The position numbers and the translations under genes are program-made. 64,000 nucleotides of DNA from Planctomycetota bacterium (lineage in GTDB: Bacteria; Planctomycetota; GCA-002687715; DRQF01): assembly GCA_027001995.1 (NCBI GenBank), contig JALTLO010000141.1:65336-129335 (forward strand). The letters run 5' to 3'. A model generated the notes under the pieces. The model searched no databases, had not been told where the DNA came from, and was given only the letters and a program-made list of their open reading frames with translations. Shown here piece by piece: positions 49,609 through 58,864 of this stretch (its first letter is position 1; the number at the start of each line of letters is the position of its first letter).

Positions 49609-50775
49609 CTATCTAAGGTTCGCACCCAAGTTGGTCGTGGACCGCTCCAGAGCTTGTGCCAGATCTTCCATGAGATCTTCGGGATCCTCAAGGCCAATGG
49701 AGATGCGCAATAGATTATTCGGGGGCCCCAACTTTCCTTTCAGGTGTTTGGGAATACTCCCGTGGCTCATTCCATGAGGCAAGCTTATGGTCGACTTGGT
49801 ACTGCCGAAACTAACTGTGGTGGCAAATAGTCGAGTGAAGGACAGGACATTCTTGGCAATACTCTCATCCTCCACCTCGAAACTCAAAACTGCCCCTGCC
49901 CCCTCAGCTTGAGACTGATGCAGCTCATACCCAGGATGGTTAGGAAGTCCCACAAAGTGTAGCTCCCTCACATCTTGATTCTTCGACAGCGCCTCGGCGA
50001 TGACCTTGGCACTCTTTTGTTGAGCATCAATTCGAACAGCCAAAGTTTCCAACCCTCGCAAGAGAAACCAAGCATCCATAGGTCCCAAGGCTTGCCCCAG
50101 CGCATTGTGGGCAAAAGCCAAACGGTCACCGATCTCTTGTGCTCGCCACCCCACAATGCCGGCTGTGACATCCCCATGCCCACCCAAGAATTTGGTCGCA
50201 GACTCAATCACTAAATCTGCCCCCAACTCCAAAGGACGCTGTAGCCAAGGAGACATAATGGAGTTGTCGCAAGCCAGCAGGCAATCCCGTCGGCGGCAGA
50301 TATCAGACACTTGGCGGATGTCTGTGACCTGATGAAGAGGATTACTGGGAGATTCAATCAAAAGGAGATCCGTTTGGGATGAGAGAGCGCGGGAAACTTC
50401 CTCCAGATCTCGGGTGTCGATAAACACAACATTCGCCAGATTTCTCTCCTTCAAGTCGCTGAGCAGACGAAAACTCCCACCATAGAGATCTCGCGACACA
50501 ACGAGACGACCCCCAAGGGGAACCAAAGCAAATATGGCAGCCAACGCGCTCATGCCACTTCCATACGACAGGCAACCCACAGCCGACTCCAAGTCAGCAA
50601 CTTTCTCCTCCAGAATCCGGCGAGTTGGATTGCCACTCCGGCTATAGTCGAATCGAGCCGACGAAGAATTTTCACTGAAAGCGAAAGTCGCTGTTTGATA
50701 GATCGGCGTTGATGTCGCCCCGCTTAGATCCTGACGACATCCAGGACGCTGGACAATTCTGGTCCTTAAGCTCAT
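49609..50775 (-). CDS. metC: Cystathionine beta-lyase-like PLP transsulfuration enzyme
   Basis: PIYQTATF, YSRSGNPTR, SGMSA, ESPSNP, DNS, SATKFLGGH and RISIGLED. The beta-lyase assignment is inferred from operon context. Confidence 0.75.
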   Translation of the reverse strand: MSLRTRIVQRPGCRQDLSGATSTPIYQTATFAFSENSSSARFDYSRSGNPTRRILEEKVADLESAVGCLSYGSGMSALAAIFALVPLGGRLVVSRDLYGGSFRLLSDLKERNLANVVFIDTRDLEEVSRALSSQTDLLLIESPSNPLHQVTDIRQVSDICRRRDCLLACDNSIMSPWLQRPLELGADLVIESATKFLGGHGDVTAGIVGWRAQEIGDRLAFAHNALGQALGPMDAWFLLRGLETLAVRIDAQQKSAKVIAEALSKNQDVRELHFVGLPNHPGYELHQSQAEGAGAVLSFEVEDESIAKNVLSFTRLFATTVSFGSTKSTISLPHGMSHGSIPKHLKGKLGPPNNLLRISIGLEDPEDLMEDLAQALERSTTNLGANLR

Positions 50776-52505
50776 GGTCCGACCTCCTGATCAATCCCCT
50801 CACAAAGTTCATCTCGCTGTTCCCTCAGAATCTGCAAGGCATCCCCCAGCACCGCTTCAGCCGTTGGGTTCGGGCCGGCCCCTTGCCCACGCAACTTCTC
50901 CACTTCCCCAGTCTCATAGACAATGACAACCCGGTTTTCAGCGCCCTTACATTGGCCGAGAAACGACTCAGAGGAAACCTCCTTCAAGCGGACCGTTGCA
51001 ATCGGTTGAGATCCTCGAAGTGAAACGGACGCCACTTGCCGTAATCGTTCCCCAGCATCCTTCGCTTTCAAACAACGAGCCCGCGTTTCTTGATCAATCT
51101 GGTCTTCGACCTGGGTAAGGGGCCTTCGCCCCCAAATTTCGCGGCTCATAACCACGAGCTTTCGAGCCGCATCCTCTCCCTTCAAATCGTCTTGAGGGTT
51201 AACTTCACAAAACCCGGATCTCTGAGCCAATCGTACTGCCTCTTCTTGGCTCGCCCCTTCGTGCATCTGATCCAGGACAAAATTCGAAGTCCCATTCAGC
51301 ACACCGTCGATACCCACAACAGAGCGATTTCTTCTTCGAGACGCGACAATCTCGATGATGGGAACGGCCCCGCCCACGGATGCCGAGAAAAACAAACGCC
51401 TGCGATGCCTGCGCGCCACTTCCTTCAGTTCATCCCCATACTGAGCCATGAGTTCTTTGTTCGCCGTGACCACATGGCTGCCGTTTCTCAAAGCCGTCTT
51501 GACGAAATGCCTAGCCTTGGGAACGTCCCCCATGAGCTCGATGACCAAGTCTGTTGATTCGGACACAGAGCCGAGGGTATCCGTGGTGAGAAGATTCTGC
51601 GGAACATCATCCCCCCGGCGCTTTTTCAAATTGCGAACAGCCACCCTCTGGACGCGGAAACGTTCTGGGCTGGCCAGTAGACGGAGCAAGACAGCCTTGC
51701 CAACCTGCCCGCAACCTAGGAGCACAACACTCTTCGGCGACAACCTCTCAGGGGGTGCAAAAAGGACAGTCTTTCGAGCGCCCACATGCGTTCCTTTCCC
51801 GCCGCCCACTTGGCGCACTTCAAAGACCTGCCCTAAGTCGGCCGCCCACCTCACAGCTTTTTCCTGCAGAACATCACCGTCAATCGTGAGAGCATCTTCA
51901 AACGACAAGAATCGGTATTGCCGGGGGTTGTGCCCAGGACAAGATGGGTCTGACTCAAAGACACCATCCGTGTCCTTTAGCAGGATACAAGTGAGGGCTT
52001 CGACTTGGGCTGCCACAAAAATGGCTGTCAAGTCAGAACCACCACGCCCAAGAAGGGTTGGCCGCAAGAACTGATCACGACCAATGAATCCTGGAATAAC
52101 CAGAACATCGTATTCTAAAAAGAACTCACGAATCCGAGAAGCACCGAGGCTTTCGGGCTCTGCATCCAGAAAATTTGATGTCGTGACCAAGCCCAATTCA
52201 TGCCCCAACAACGGGAAAGCTGCTATCCCTGAGTCACAGCAGGCCATGGTCAGAAGGCCAACGGAGCGCGTCTCACCTGTCGACAAGAGTAATGCCAAGC
52301 TTCCTGCGTCCGGCTCGGGCGCTATTGTTCTTGCCTCTTGAATAAGACTATCAGTTGCCTCACCAATAGCGGAAACCACGGCAATGACTTGATACCCCAA
52401 GCGCCGATGACGATAGATTTCTTCAACAGCCGCCCGAATTTGTCCCACATGACTCAACACGGAACTACCGAATTTCAGGACGGCAATAGGTGCAAAAGAG
52501 CTCAC
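50772..52505 (-). CDS. Compact aspartate kinase-homoserine dehydrogenase fusion lacking ACT domains
   Basis: AK motifs VLKFGSS, LGRGGSDLTA and DGVFESDP. HSDH motifs GCGQVG, VTANK, GVLNGTSNF, DAARK and GAGPNPTA. Confidence 0.9.
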   Translation of the reverse strand: MSSFAPIAVLKFGSSVLSHVGQIRAAVEEIYRHRRLGYQVIAVVSAIGEATDSLIQEARTIAPEPDAGSLALLLSTGETRSVGLLTMACCDSGIAAFPLLGHELGLVTTSNFLDAEPESLGASRIREFFLEYDVLVIPGFIGRDQFLRPTLLGRGGSDLTAIFVAAQVEALTCILLKDTDGVFESDPSCPGHNPRQYRFLSFEDALTIDGDVLQEKAVRWAADLGQVFEVRQVGGGKGTHVGARKTVLFAPPERLSPKSVVLLGCGQVGKAVLLRLLASPERFRVQRVAVRNLKKRRGDDVPQNLLTTDTLGSVSESTDLVIELMGDVPKARHFVKTALRNGSHVVTANKELMAQYGDELKEVARRHRRRLFFSASVGGAVPIIEIVASRRRNRSVVGIDGVLNGTSNFVLDQMHEGASQEEAVRLAQRSGFCEVNPQDDLKGEDAARKLVVMSREIWGRRPLTQVEDQIDQETRARCLKAKDAGERLRQVASVSLRGSQPIATVRLKEVSSESFLGQCKGAENRVVIVYETGEVEKLRGQGAGPNPTAEAVLGDALQILREQRDELCEGIDQEVGP

Positions 52506-53734
52506 AGCGTTACCTCCCCTGTGGCGCTTATGGAATCAGACAAATTGAGAAGGCAAAACGCCAAGTCAGCTTTGAGATCATCAAAACTCTCCAAACCAAC
52601 AGAAAGTCGAATAAGACCAGGCGTGATTCCTATCCGTGCTCCATCATGAGGGTTCAAATCAGCATGAGTCATCGACGCTGGATGAGTCACAATTGACTGA
52701 GTGGCTCCTAGATTCTCTGCTAACGTGATGAGCTGCACTGAAGAAACCAAGGAGCGGGCCCCAGCGAATCCGCTCTTCAGTTCAAAGGCAATGATGCCCC
52801 CCCCGGCTTCTTGTTGCTTGGATGCCAGAGAAAACTGAAAATGGGAAGGCAATCCAGGGTAAAAGACATGGGCAATCGCGGGTAAGCCTTCTAACCAGGA
52901 TGCCAACTCCAACGCCGTTCGCGATTGCTGATGAATACGCAGTGGGAGAGTCTGAATGCCTTGAAGAGTCAACCATGCCTCAAACGGCTTTTGATTCAAC
53001 CCCATCGTCTTCAGAAGACGCCTCAGTTTTTTCGCCAACTGTGCATCGTCGAGGGTCAAGGCGCCGCCCACTGTGACATTATGGCCATCGAAATACTTTG
53101 TTGTGGAATAAAGGGCGATGTCCGCTCCGAGTTCCCGGCAATTCTGCAGACAGGGCGTGAGAAAAGTATTGTCAACAGCAAGCAACGTTCCTGCCCGCTT
53201 TGTCACTTCGGCGAGAGCCCCGATGTCAGCTATCTTGAGAGTTGGATTCGCTGGGGACTCAACAAAGACAAGCTTTGTCCTCTTGCTGATAGATCGCCTC
53301 AGTGCGGTGGCATCAGATGTATCGATGAATCGAACTTCAATTCCCAGGGGTTGGAGAACTTCCTCAATCAATCGTGTGGTTCCTCCGTAGACCACATCAG
53401 AGCAAATGAGTTCGTCCCCAGATTGGAGCAAAGCAAAAAACAGAGCCGTGCTAGCTGACATACCAGTGGCAAAACAAATTGCGTGTTGTCGCTGATCAAG
53501 AGAGGCAATGGCCTCCTCCAAGCGCGCTACCGTCGGGTTCGAAGCCCGGCTATAGGTGTGTTGAATAGAATCTCCGATGGAGTTTTGGGCATATGTTGTA
53601 GATTGAAAAATGGGCGAGACCATAGCGCCTTCGGCAATTGGCTTGGTGTGGCCACCATGAACGGCACGGGTTTCGAATCGATGTACGGACGCTGACTGCA
53701 TAACGTTTACTTCCTGCTTCTGCGCGCTGTTCAT
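52502..53734 (-). CDS. metB: Cystathionine gamma-synthase-like PLP enzyme
   Basis: PIFQSTTY, YSRASNPT, ESPANP, DNTF, STTKYFDGH and RLSVGLE; AGGAGA RBS. Confidence 0.8.
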   Translation of the reverse strand: MNSAQKQEVNVMQSASVHRFETRAVHGGHTKPIAEGAMVSPIFQSTTYAQNSIGDSIQHTYSRASNPTVARLEEAIASLDQRQHAICFATGMSASTALFFALLQSGDELICSDVVYGGTTRLIEEVLQPLGIEVRFIDTSDATALRRSISKRTKLVFVESPANPTLKIADIGALAEVTKRAGTLLAVDNTFLTPCLQNCRELGADIALYSTTKYFDGHNVTVGGALTLDDAQLAKKLRRLLKTMGLNQKPFEAWLTLQGIQTLPLRIHQQSRTALELASWLEGLPAIAHVFYPGLPSHFQFSLASKQQEAGGGIIAFELKSGFAGARSLVSSVQLITLAENLGATQSIVTHPASMTHADLNPHDGARIGITPGLIRLSVGLESFDDLKADLAFCLLNLSDSISATGEVTL

Positions 53735-53915
53735 GATCTCCTGAGAAAGAGCTCATGAGCTATGCGTTAAACGTGTTGATGGAATCGAGTCGCTCGTCTG
53801 CAGGGCAATCTGTTTTCTCCACGACGATGTGAAGACGTAGATTGCCTAGCAGGTGAAAGGCTCATGAATTATTGGTGAGTGTGGCCCAGGATCGGGCGCC
53901 TTCAATCGATGCTGC

Positions 53916-53996
53916 TTACTTTGAAGCTCTCAACGACCAAACGCATCCCCGACCTGGGCGGGGCATTTGCATCATGTTGGTTTGCATCGTTGACAT
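53916..53996 (-). promoter_or_regulatory. Met-rich leader peptide ORF (MSTMQTNMMQMPRPGRGCVWSLRASK*), candidate attenuator
   Basis: Hand-translated 27-codon ORF with 5 Met in the first 11 codons, lying between the promoter and metB. Confidence 0.7.
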
Positions 53997-54038
53997 TCTT
54001 GATCTCTGTTTTTTCTGTCCCTATGGTGGGACGGCGAA

Positions 54039-54067
54039 AGTATAGAGGCATTCTCTACATGAACCAA
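54039..54067 (-). promoter_or_regulatory. Sigma70-type promoter for the met leader/operon
   Basis: TTGGTT-17 nt-TATACT on the minus strand. Confidence 0.6.
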
Positions 54068-54313
54068 GCTTTTTTCCCAAATGGCGGACTGCCATGAATT
54101 TCATTTCGGCGTCTTTTGGATTGGCATTGTAATATCGTTCTCAACCAACATAGGGGTCATTGGATCAAAGGCACGATCTGAAGGTGACTCAGTTGAAGGA
54201 AAAAGCAACCCTTGAGAGAAGGGGCGAAGAACAAATCGATCAATGACATTGCGCAGATACTGAAATGTCGGCAGTTAGACCTCAAGGATATTGAAGCCTG
54301 TAGCCCCAGCGCC

Positions 54314-54370
54314 ATCAAGATCAAGATCAAGATCAAGATCAAGATCAAGATCAAGATCAAGATCAAGATC
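54314..54370. repeat. Hexanucleotide VNTR (ATCAAG) x9.5
   Basis: Perfect tandem copies, intergenic. Confidence 0.97.
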
Positions 54371-54466
54371 GTAGGTAGAGCGCAAAGAGCCTCTGAAGAT
54401 TTACCAAGTTGTGACAATCTTTATGTGGAGGTGAAGTAGGATCTTCAGGAAACGAAAGGAGGTTAT

Positions 54467-54997
54467 ATGAGAACACACACATGTGTAGCCCAAGTTTTGA
54501 TTCTCTGTTCTTTGCTCATCTGTTCTTGTGAAGAAAGGAGCACTCCGAGTGAAGCCACCAAACCGGTGGCCTCCAACGAGAAAGTCCTTCGGATCTTAGG
54601 CAGTATGGTCGATGGTTCCTGGGAGGGAAGGTCCCTACCCCAGCTCGATTGGCAGGACGTCGATGCACTCTTGGCGCGAGCTGACAGCACAACCGACCTC
54701 AAGTCATTCCCCGCCAACCCACTGTCTTCCCAGGCACAATTCAGTTGTCCGGAGGGCATCATGGCCCTGTGGTTGGTGGAGAGCATGCGCAACAAGGCCA
54801 AAAGTGGCTATCCGTCCTTGAATCCTCTCTGCCTCGGAGCCCAGAACAAAGACATGTCATGGGAAGAAATGTCCAAGGCGAACTTAGCCAAAGCCGCTCA
54901 GGCCTATCGGTCATGGTGGCAAAAGGTCAAGGACCAGGATGAGGAAAAACGTAAGGAGGTCGACCCTTTGGAGGCAGCCCACCTTCACTGGTATTGA
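54467..54997 (+). CDS. Lipoprotein (DUF4943-like)
   Basis: Lipobox LLICS-C, FPANPLSS..GIMALWLVESMR..YPSLNP and AYRSWW; AAGGAGG RBS. Confidence 0.65.
   Translation: MRTHTCVAQVLILCSLLICSCEERSTPSEATKPVASNEKVLRILGSMVDGSWEGRSLPQLDWQDVDALLARADSTTDLKSFPANPLSSQAQFSCPEGIMALWLVESMRNKAKSGYPSLNPLCLGAQNKDMSWEEMSKANLAKAAQAYRSWWQKVKDQDEEKRKEVDPLEAAHLHWY
54944..54997 (+). repeat. 54-bp direct repeat, copy 1 (3' end of the lipoprotein gene)
   Basis: 52/54 identical to 56639-56692. Confidence 0.95.
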
Positions 54998-55260
54998 TCC
55001 AAGGATGTGACGGCACCTCGGATGGCCACAACTTCTTCCCCTGATTTAGAGCAGATGGGGGTGGCCCATAGGGGCCACATTTTGGCCAGATTTATGAAGA
55101 AAGCTGGCAGGGCCGAAGCGGAATTTCTCCTTGTTCCTCTCCCACTTCAGTGGACGCAACTCAAGTGAACGTGGCCCAAACGAAACAGTATTCGAGCGAG
55201 GGGTGGTGCCCTCGAGACCAAGAAATTGGCGTTCCACTGGAAATCCGGCCCCCCCATTTC

Positions 55261-55310
55261 TATGTAAATCCAAAGTTGAACTTGAGATTTACATAAACCA
55301 TGGCGATAAT
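55261..55310 (+). promoter_or_regulatory. Inverted repeat overlapping a sigma70-like promoter
   Basis: TATGTAAATC...GATTTACATA palindrome; TTGAGA-17-GATAAT ending 6 nt before the ATG at 55317. Confidence 0.6.
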
Positions 55311-55316
55311 CAGATC

Positions 55317-56486
55317 ATGATTCATAGAGATTTGAGCCTTGAGTTATCGAAGTGCGCCGCTGATTACCCTGTTGTCACAATTCTGGGGCCAAGGCAGTCA
55401 GGGAAGACAACCTTGGTGAAAGCGTGCTTCCCAAACAAGGCCTACTTCTCACTTGAAGATCCAGATGTGCGAGCCGCGGCAGAAGCTGATCCGAGAGGAT
55501 TCCTGTCGCAATGCGATGGCGGCGGAATCTTGGACGAAATCCAAATTCTTCCCAACTTGCTTTCTTACATCCAAGGCATCGTCGACAACAAACAGATTGC
55601 TGGCCACTTCATCTTAACAGGGAGCCATCAGACCCTTTTGCACCAATCCGTCACTCAATCGCTCGCAGGCCGGACTGCCATGCTCGCCCTTTGGCCTTTG
55701 TCGATTTCAGAGCTTCGACAAGCCGAAAGAGAACTCGGGGCATTCGAATTGATTGCATCAGGGTTCTTTCCAAGAAAACACAAGAACGAAATCGAGTCGA
55801 GACGGTTCTACAATGATTACTTACAAACCTACGTCGAGCGAGACGTCCGTTCACTCATTCGACTCCGAGACTTGTCCGCTTTTCAGAGCTTTCTCACTCT
55901 TCTTGCGGGCCGCGTCGGGCAGATTCTAAACTACACTTCACTCTCCAATGATGTCGGCGTTTCGGCAACAACGATCAAGGAATGGATCAGCGTCTTGAAA
56001 GCATCCTTCATCGCCTTCGAACTCCAACCGTATTTCGCCAATATCCGTAAGCGCGTAGTCAAATCGCCCAAAATTTATTTTACAGACGTTGGTCTTGCAG
56101 CTTCGCTTCTAGGTATCCATGACAGCAACCAAGCTTCGAGAGACCCTGTGCGCGGGAACCTCTATGAAAACCTCGTGATTGCTGACATCCTTAAAGATGG
56201 TCTCAACCAGGGGATTCGGCCAGAGGCATATTTCTTCAGAGATTCCAACGGCAACGAGGTCGATCTTTTGATCAAAGAAGAAGGCAAGCTCATTCCCATC
56301 GAAATCAAATCCGCCGCGACATTTTCGATCAACGCTCTTAAAGGTCTAACTCACTTTAAGAGTCTAGATATCGACCGAGTCCAGCCCGGCTTCGTGCTCT
56401 ACAATGGCGACCAAGAGCACCAAGTGAATGGAGTTCGCGTATTTAATCCATTGCGTCGTGAAAAAATCTGGAACACCCTCACTTAG
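55317..56486 (+). CDS. AAA_14 ATPase with C-terminal DUF4143 (PD-(D/E)XK-like) domain
   Basis: GPRQSGKTT, ILDEIQ, LTGS, SLAGR, YVERD, KSPKIYFTDVG and EVDLL..IPIEIK. Confidence 0.92.
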   Translation: MIHRDLSLELSKCAADYPVVTILGPRQSGKTTLVKACFPNKAYFSLEDPDVRAAAEADPRGFLSQCDGGGILDEIQILPNLLSYIQGIVDNKQIAGHFILTGSHQTLLHQSVTQSLAGRTAMLALWPLSISELRQAERELGAFELIASGFFPRKHKNEIESRRFYNDYLQTYVERDVRSLIRLRDLSAFQSFLTLLAGRVGQILNYTSLSNDVGVSATTIKEWISVLKASFIAFELQPYFANIRKRVVKSPKIYFTDVGLAASLLGIHDSNQASRDPVRGNLYENLVIADILKDGLNQGIRPEAYFFRDSNGNEVDLLIKEEGKLIPIEIKSAATFSINALKGLTHFKSLDIDRVQPGFVLYNGDQEHQVNGVRVFNPLRREKIWNTLT

Positions 56487-56638
56487 CGGTATCGGTCAAC
56501 TGCTGGACCGGGCCCAGGCCATCGTCCCACCCACCCCTCCTTCGGGAGCGCCCCAATGCGGGACAGCAGCCGCCTTAGTGGGCAATGGCATGAAGTCAAA
56601 TTCCGAGCCATGTGCTACATGTCATTCTTTGCCGTCTT

Positions 56639-56692
56639 GAAAAACGTAAGGAGGTCGCCCCCTTGGAGGCAGCCCACCTTCACTGGTATTGA
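56639..56692 (+). repeat. 54-bp direct repeat, copy 2
   Basis: 52/54 identical to 54944-54997. Confidence 0.95.
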
Positions 56693-56817
56693 AGTGATTG
56701 GCCAACTTGAGGTGGTACAGATGAAGTGACCGCCCGCGGACGGCCACAGCTTCTTCCCTAAGTTTGGAGCGGGTGGTGGTCGCCCGTTCGGCCACATTGT
56801 GACAAGAAATTGAATCG

Positions 56818-57204
56818 CTAAGAATCAGACGATGTGGTGATCTTGATCAACAACGTGAACGAAGCCAAAGCCCCCACAACACCTGATACAAGTCGAGAAG
56901 CAGCTTGTTCGTTTGGAATATCCGGCAGACCAGTGCACCCACAGATTTTCCCTTCCGGCACAAGAAAATGCTGATAGCCGATACCGAAAATTACGAACAA
57001 GAGGGTCAGTAGCGCCGCCAATCTCCAATACCGCGTGAATAGTAGGCCAGCTAAGAGGAATTCCAACATGATAGCTGTATAGTAACTGAGTCGAGACAAT
57101 GACATGACGTCGTCGAATCCGTTCACAATCTTGACAACCGCAGTAGTGATCAAGGAAAGCGCCAGCAGAGCAGACACGGCGACTCGCATTCTTGGCGAAT
57201 TCAT
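56818..57204 (-). CDS. MauE/DoxX-family membrane protein
   Basis: Four TM helices, AVVK, EFLLAGLL and a periplasmic CGC(T)G motif. Confidence 0.75.
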   Translation of the reverse strand: MNSPRMRVAVSALLALSLITTAVVKIVNGFDDVMSLSRLSYYTAIMLEFLLAGLLFTRYWRLAALLTLLFVIFGIGYQHFLVPEGKICGCTGLPDIPNEQAASRLVSGVVGALASFTLLIKITTSSDS

Positions 57205-58829
57205 CGGTGAGATCGCTTCATTTTCAGTTCTATCGTTCTTGACTTCGGGGGATTCTTGAAATCCGCAAAACCGAGCCCAGGAAGATACCCTGGGGCAAAT
57301 GCCTGAAGCTCAATAACTTTTTTGACCGGTAGCCAAAGTTCAATTTCGAAGCTCTGAAGTTTCCTGGGCCAAGGCGCTCGGGGGGCAGCCAATTCCTTAA
57401 CGAGAAGCTTGGTCCCACGTAGTAAGCCATCCTCGGAGCCAACTCTCACCTTCACTCTCCAAATTTCATCAATTAGTTTCAAATTCACCTTGTTCGTCTC
57501 ATCGTCAATTTCAAACGGAATTTCTTGCCGTTTCATATCACAGTACGGCGTGTAGACTCGGGCGAAGTACTTACCGGGCAATAATCGATAGACTTCAGAT
57601 TCATTTGCATGGCTGACAAAAAAGGCGCGATTGCCGTGTAGAGCCTGACGAAAATGAAGGGAGAAATTTCGGAATCCCTTCAACTTGCCCTGCTCATCTT
57701 CTACGCTGAACTGAACAACGCGCGCTGACTTTACGTCCGCAGCAACAATTGTCGGCCTCTGAAACTCTGATAGTGGAACGAAATCAATGCTAGCGCTTTC
57801 GACTCTTTTACGTTCGACATAACTGAGCGACAATTCCTCCGCCATAACCTCATTTGGCAAAGCAACGAAGACAAGGGATCCCGGCCACTTGTTTTCCAAG
57901 GTTTTCTTAATTTCATCTAGCTGAAAGAGACCTCCTGCGAATTTGGTCTTTATCGCGATCTGAAAGCTGTGGGGCACCGCCGTTAGTTTTTCAAATTGTG
58001 CTACTGCGACGACAGGCTCCACCATGTCCACCTTCACGATACCATCATGGGGGATTTGCAAGATTCGGACCGCTGTCCTATCCGCAGGGAGCATGATTTC
58101 ATCTCGACAAAACAGATGCAGCTCACCAGCCCGCAGCCCTTCGAGCTTGACTATGCCGTCAGTATCGCTCACGCCTCCGATAACCCGAGCGGAAACAGAA
58201 GCAAATCTTGAGACAGGCTCAAGATCAACTTCACCGCGAAAGAAGCAGTCCGCCACGGTCGTTCGCGTCGCCAAGACTCGAACCCCCTCAATTGGCTTGT
58301 GCGAATTGAGGGTTCGAAAATCAATACGAAGCGAGTATCCTTTGCTCAGATAAACGGTCGTTCGAGATTGTCTTTCCAGGACCATCAATTCTGAAGAGAT
58401 ATATCCGGAAGCAGAAACGCCACACTCAACCCTCTTTTCGCTCTCCTGAAATTTGTATTGACCATTTTCATCCGTCTTGCCTTCAACGACCACTTTCTTG
58501 CCCAAAACCAAAGAAACATCCGCCCCTTTAACAGGAGCGGATGTTTGCTCATCAAGGACCATGAGTACGATACTCTCATCGGGCTCTGTCGGAACTATCC
58601 GCGAATCGGAAACATTGCCAAGATTCTTACCGACGCCCGAAGGCCTATTCGCATGAGCAATACTCGCTGGCCGTGTTCGTTGATCCGAAGAGTCAGAGAT
58701 TCCAAGCAATTGCCTGTCGTCTTCGCCCTCATCGGACAGAAGAAAACACAAGAGGAGCACACCTCCAACGAGCACAAAGCAACAAGAGAAAAAGATCCTG
58801 AGAGATGAAGTTTCACTGTTCAAGCTCAT
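57201..58829 (-). CDS. Membrane-anchored protein with carboxypeptidase-regulatory-like (transthyretin-fold) domains
   Basis: N-terminal TM helix; repeats VLDEQTSAPVKGADV..KTDENGQY..SASGY and KPIEGVRV..SDTDGIVKLEGL. Confidence 0.75.
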   Translation of the reverse strand: MSLNSETSSLRIFFSCCFVLVGGVLLLCFLLSDEGEDDRQLLGISDSSDQRTRPASIAHANRPSGVGKNLGNVSDSRIVPTEPDESIVLMVLDEQTSAPVKGADVSLVLGKKVVVEGKTDENGQYKFQESEKRVECGVSASGYISSELMVLERQSRTTVYLSKGYSLRIDFRTLNSHKPIEGVRVLATRTTVADCFFRGEVDLEPVSRFASVSARVIGGVSDTDGIVKLEGLRAGELHLFCRDEIMLPADRTAVRILQIPHDGIVKVDMVEPVVAVAQFEKLTAVPHSFQIAIKTKFAGGLFQLDEIKKTLENKWPGSLVFVALPNEVMAEELSLSYVERKRVESASIDFVPLSEFQRPTIVAADVKSARVVQFSVEDEQGKLKGFRNFSLHFRQALHGNRAFFVSHANESEVYRLLPGKYFARVYTPYCDMKRQEIPFEIDDETNKVNLKLIDEIWRVKVRVGSEDGLLRGTKLLVKELAAPRAPWPRKLQSFEIELWLPVKKVIELQAFAPGYLPGLGFADFKNPPKSRTIELKMKRSHR

Positions 58830-58864
58830 GTTCCTCCTTTTGGAATTTCAAGTCCTTTGGTCGA

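Noticed and set aside
53735..54040. SAM-I riboswitch or T-box upstream of metB
   Set aside because: I could not find the SAM-I core elements in order, or a T-box motif. The Met-rich uORF explains the region better. An Rfam scan is still needed.
54157..54439. ORFs with poly-(IL) or poly-(IK) tracts
   Set aside because: Translation artefacts of the ATCAAG microsatellite.
55131..55316. N-terminal extensions given by the ORF track (also for folD, the LDT-like gene, the M28-like gene and HU)
   Set aside because: Downstream ATGs match family N-termini and RBS or promoter positions better.
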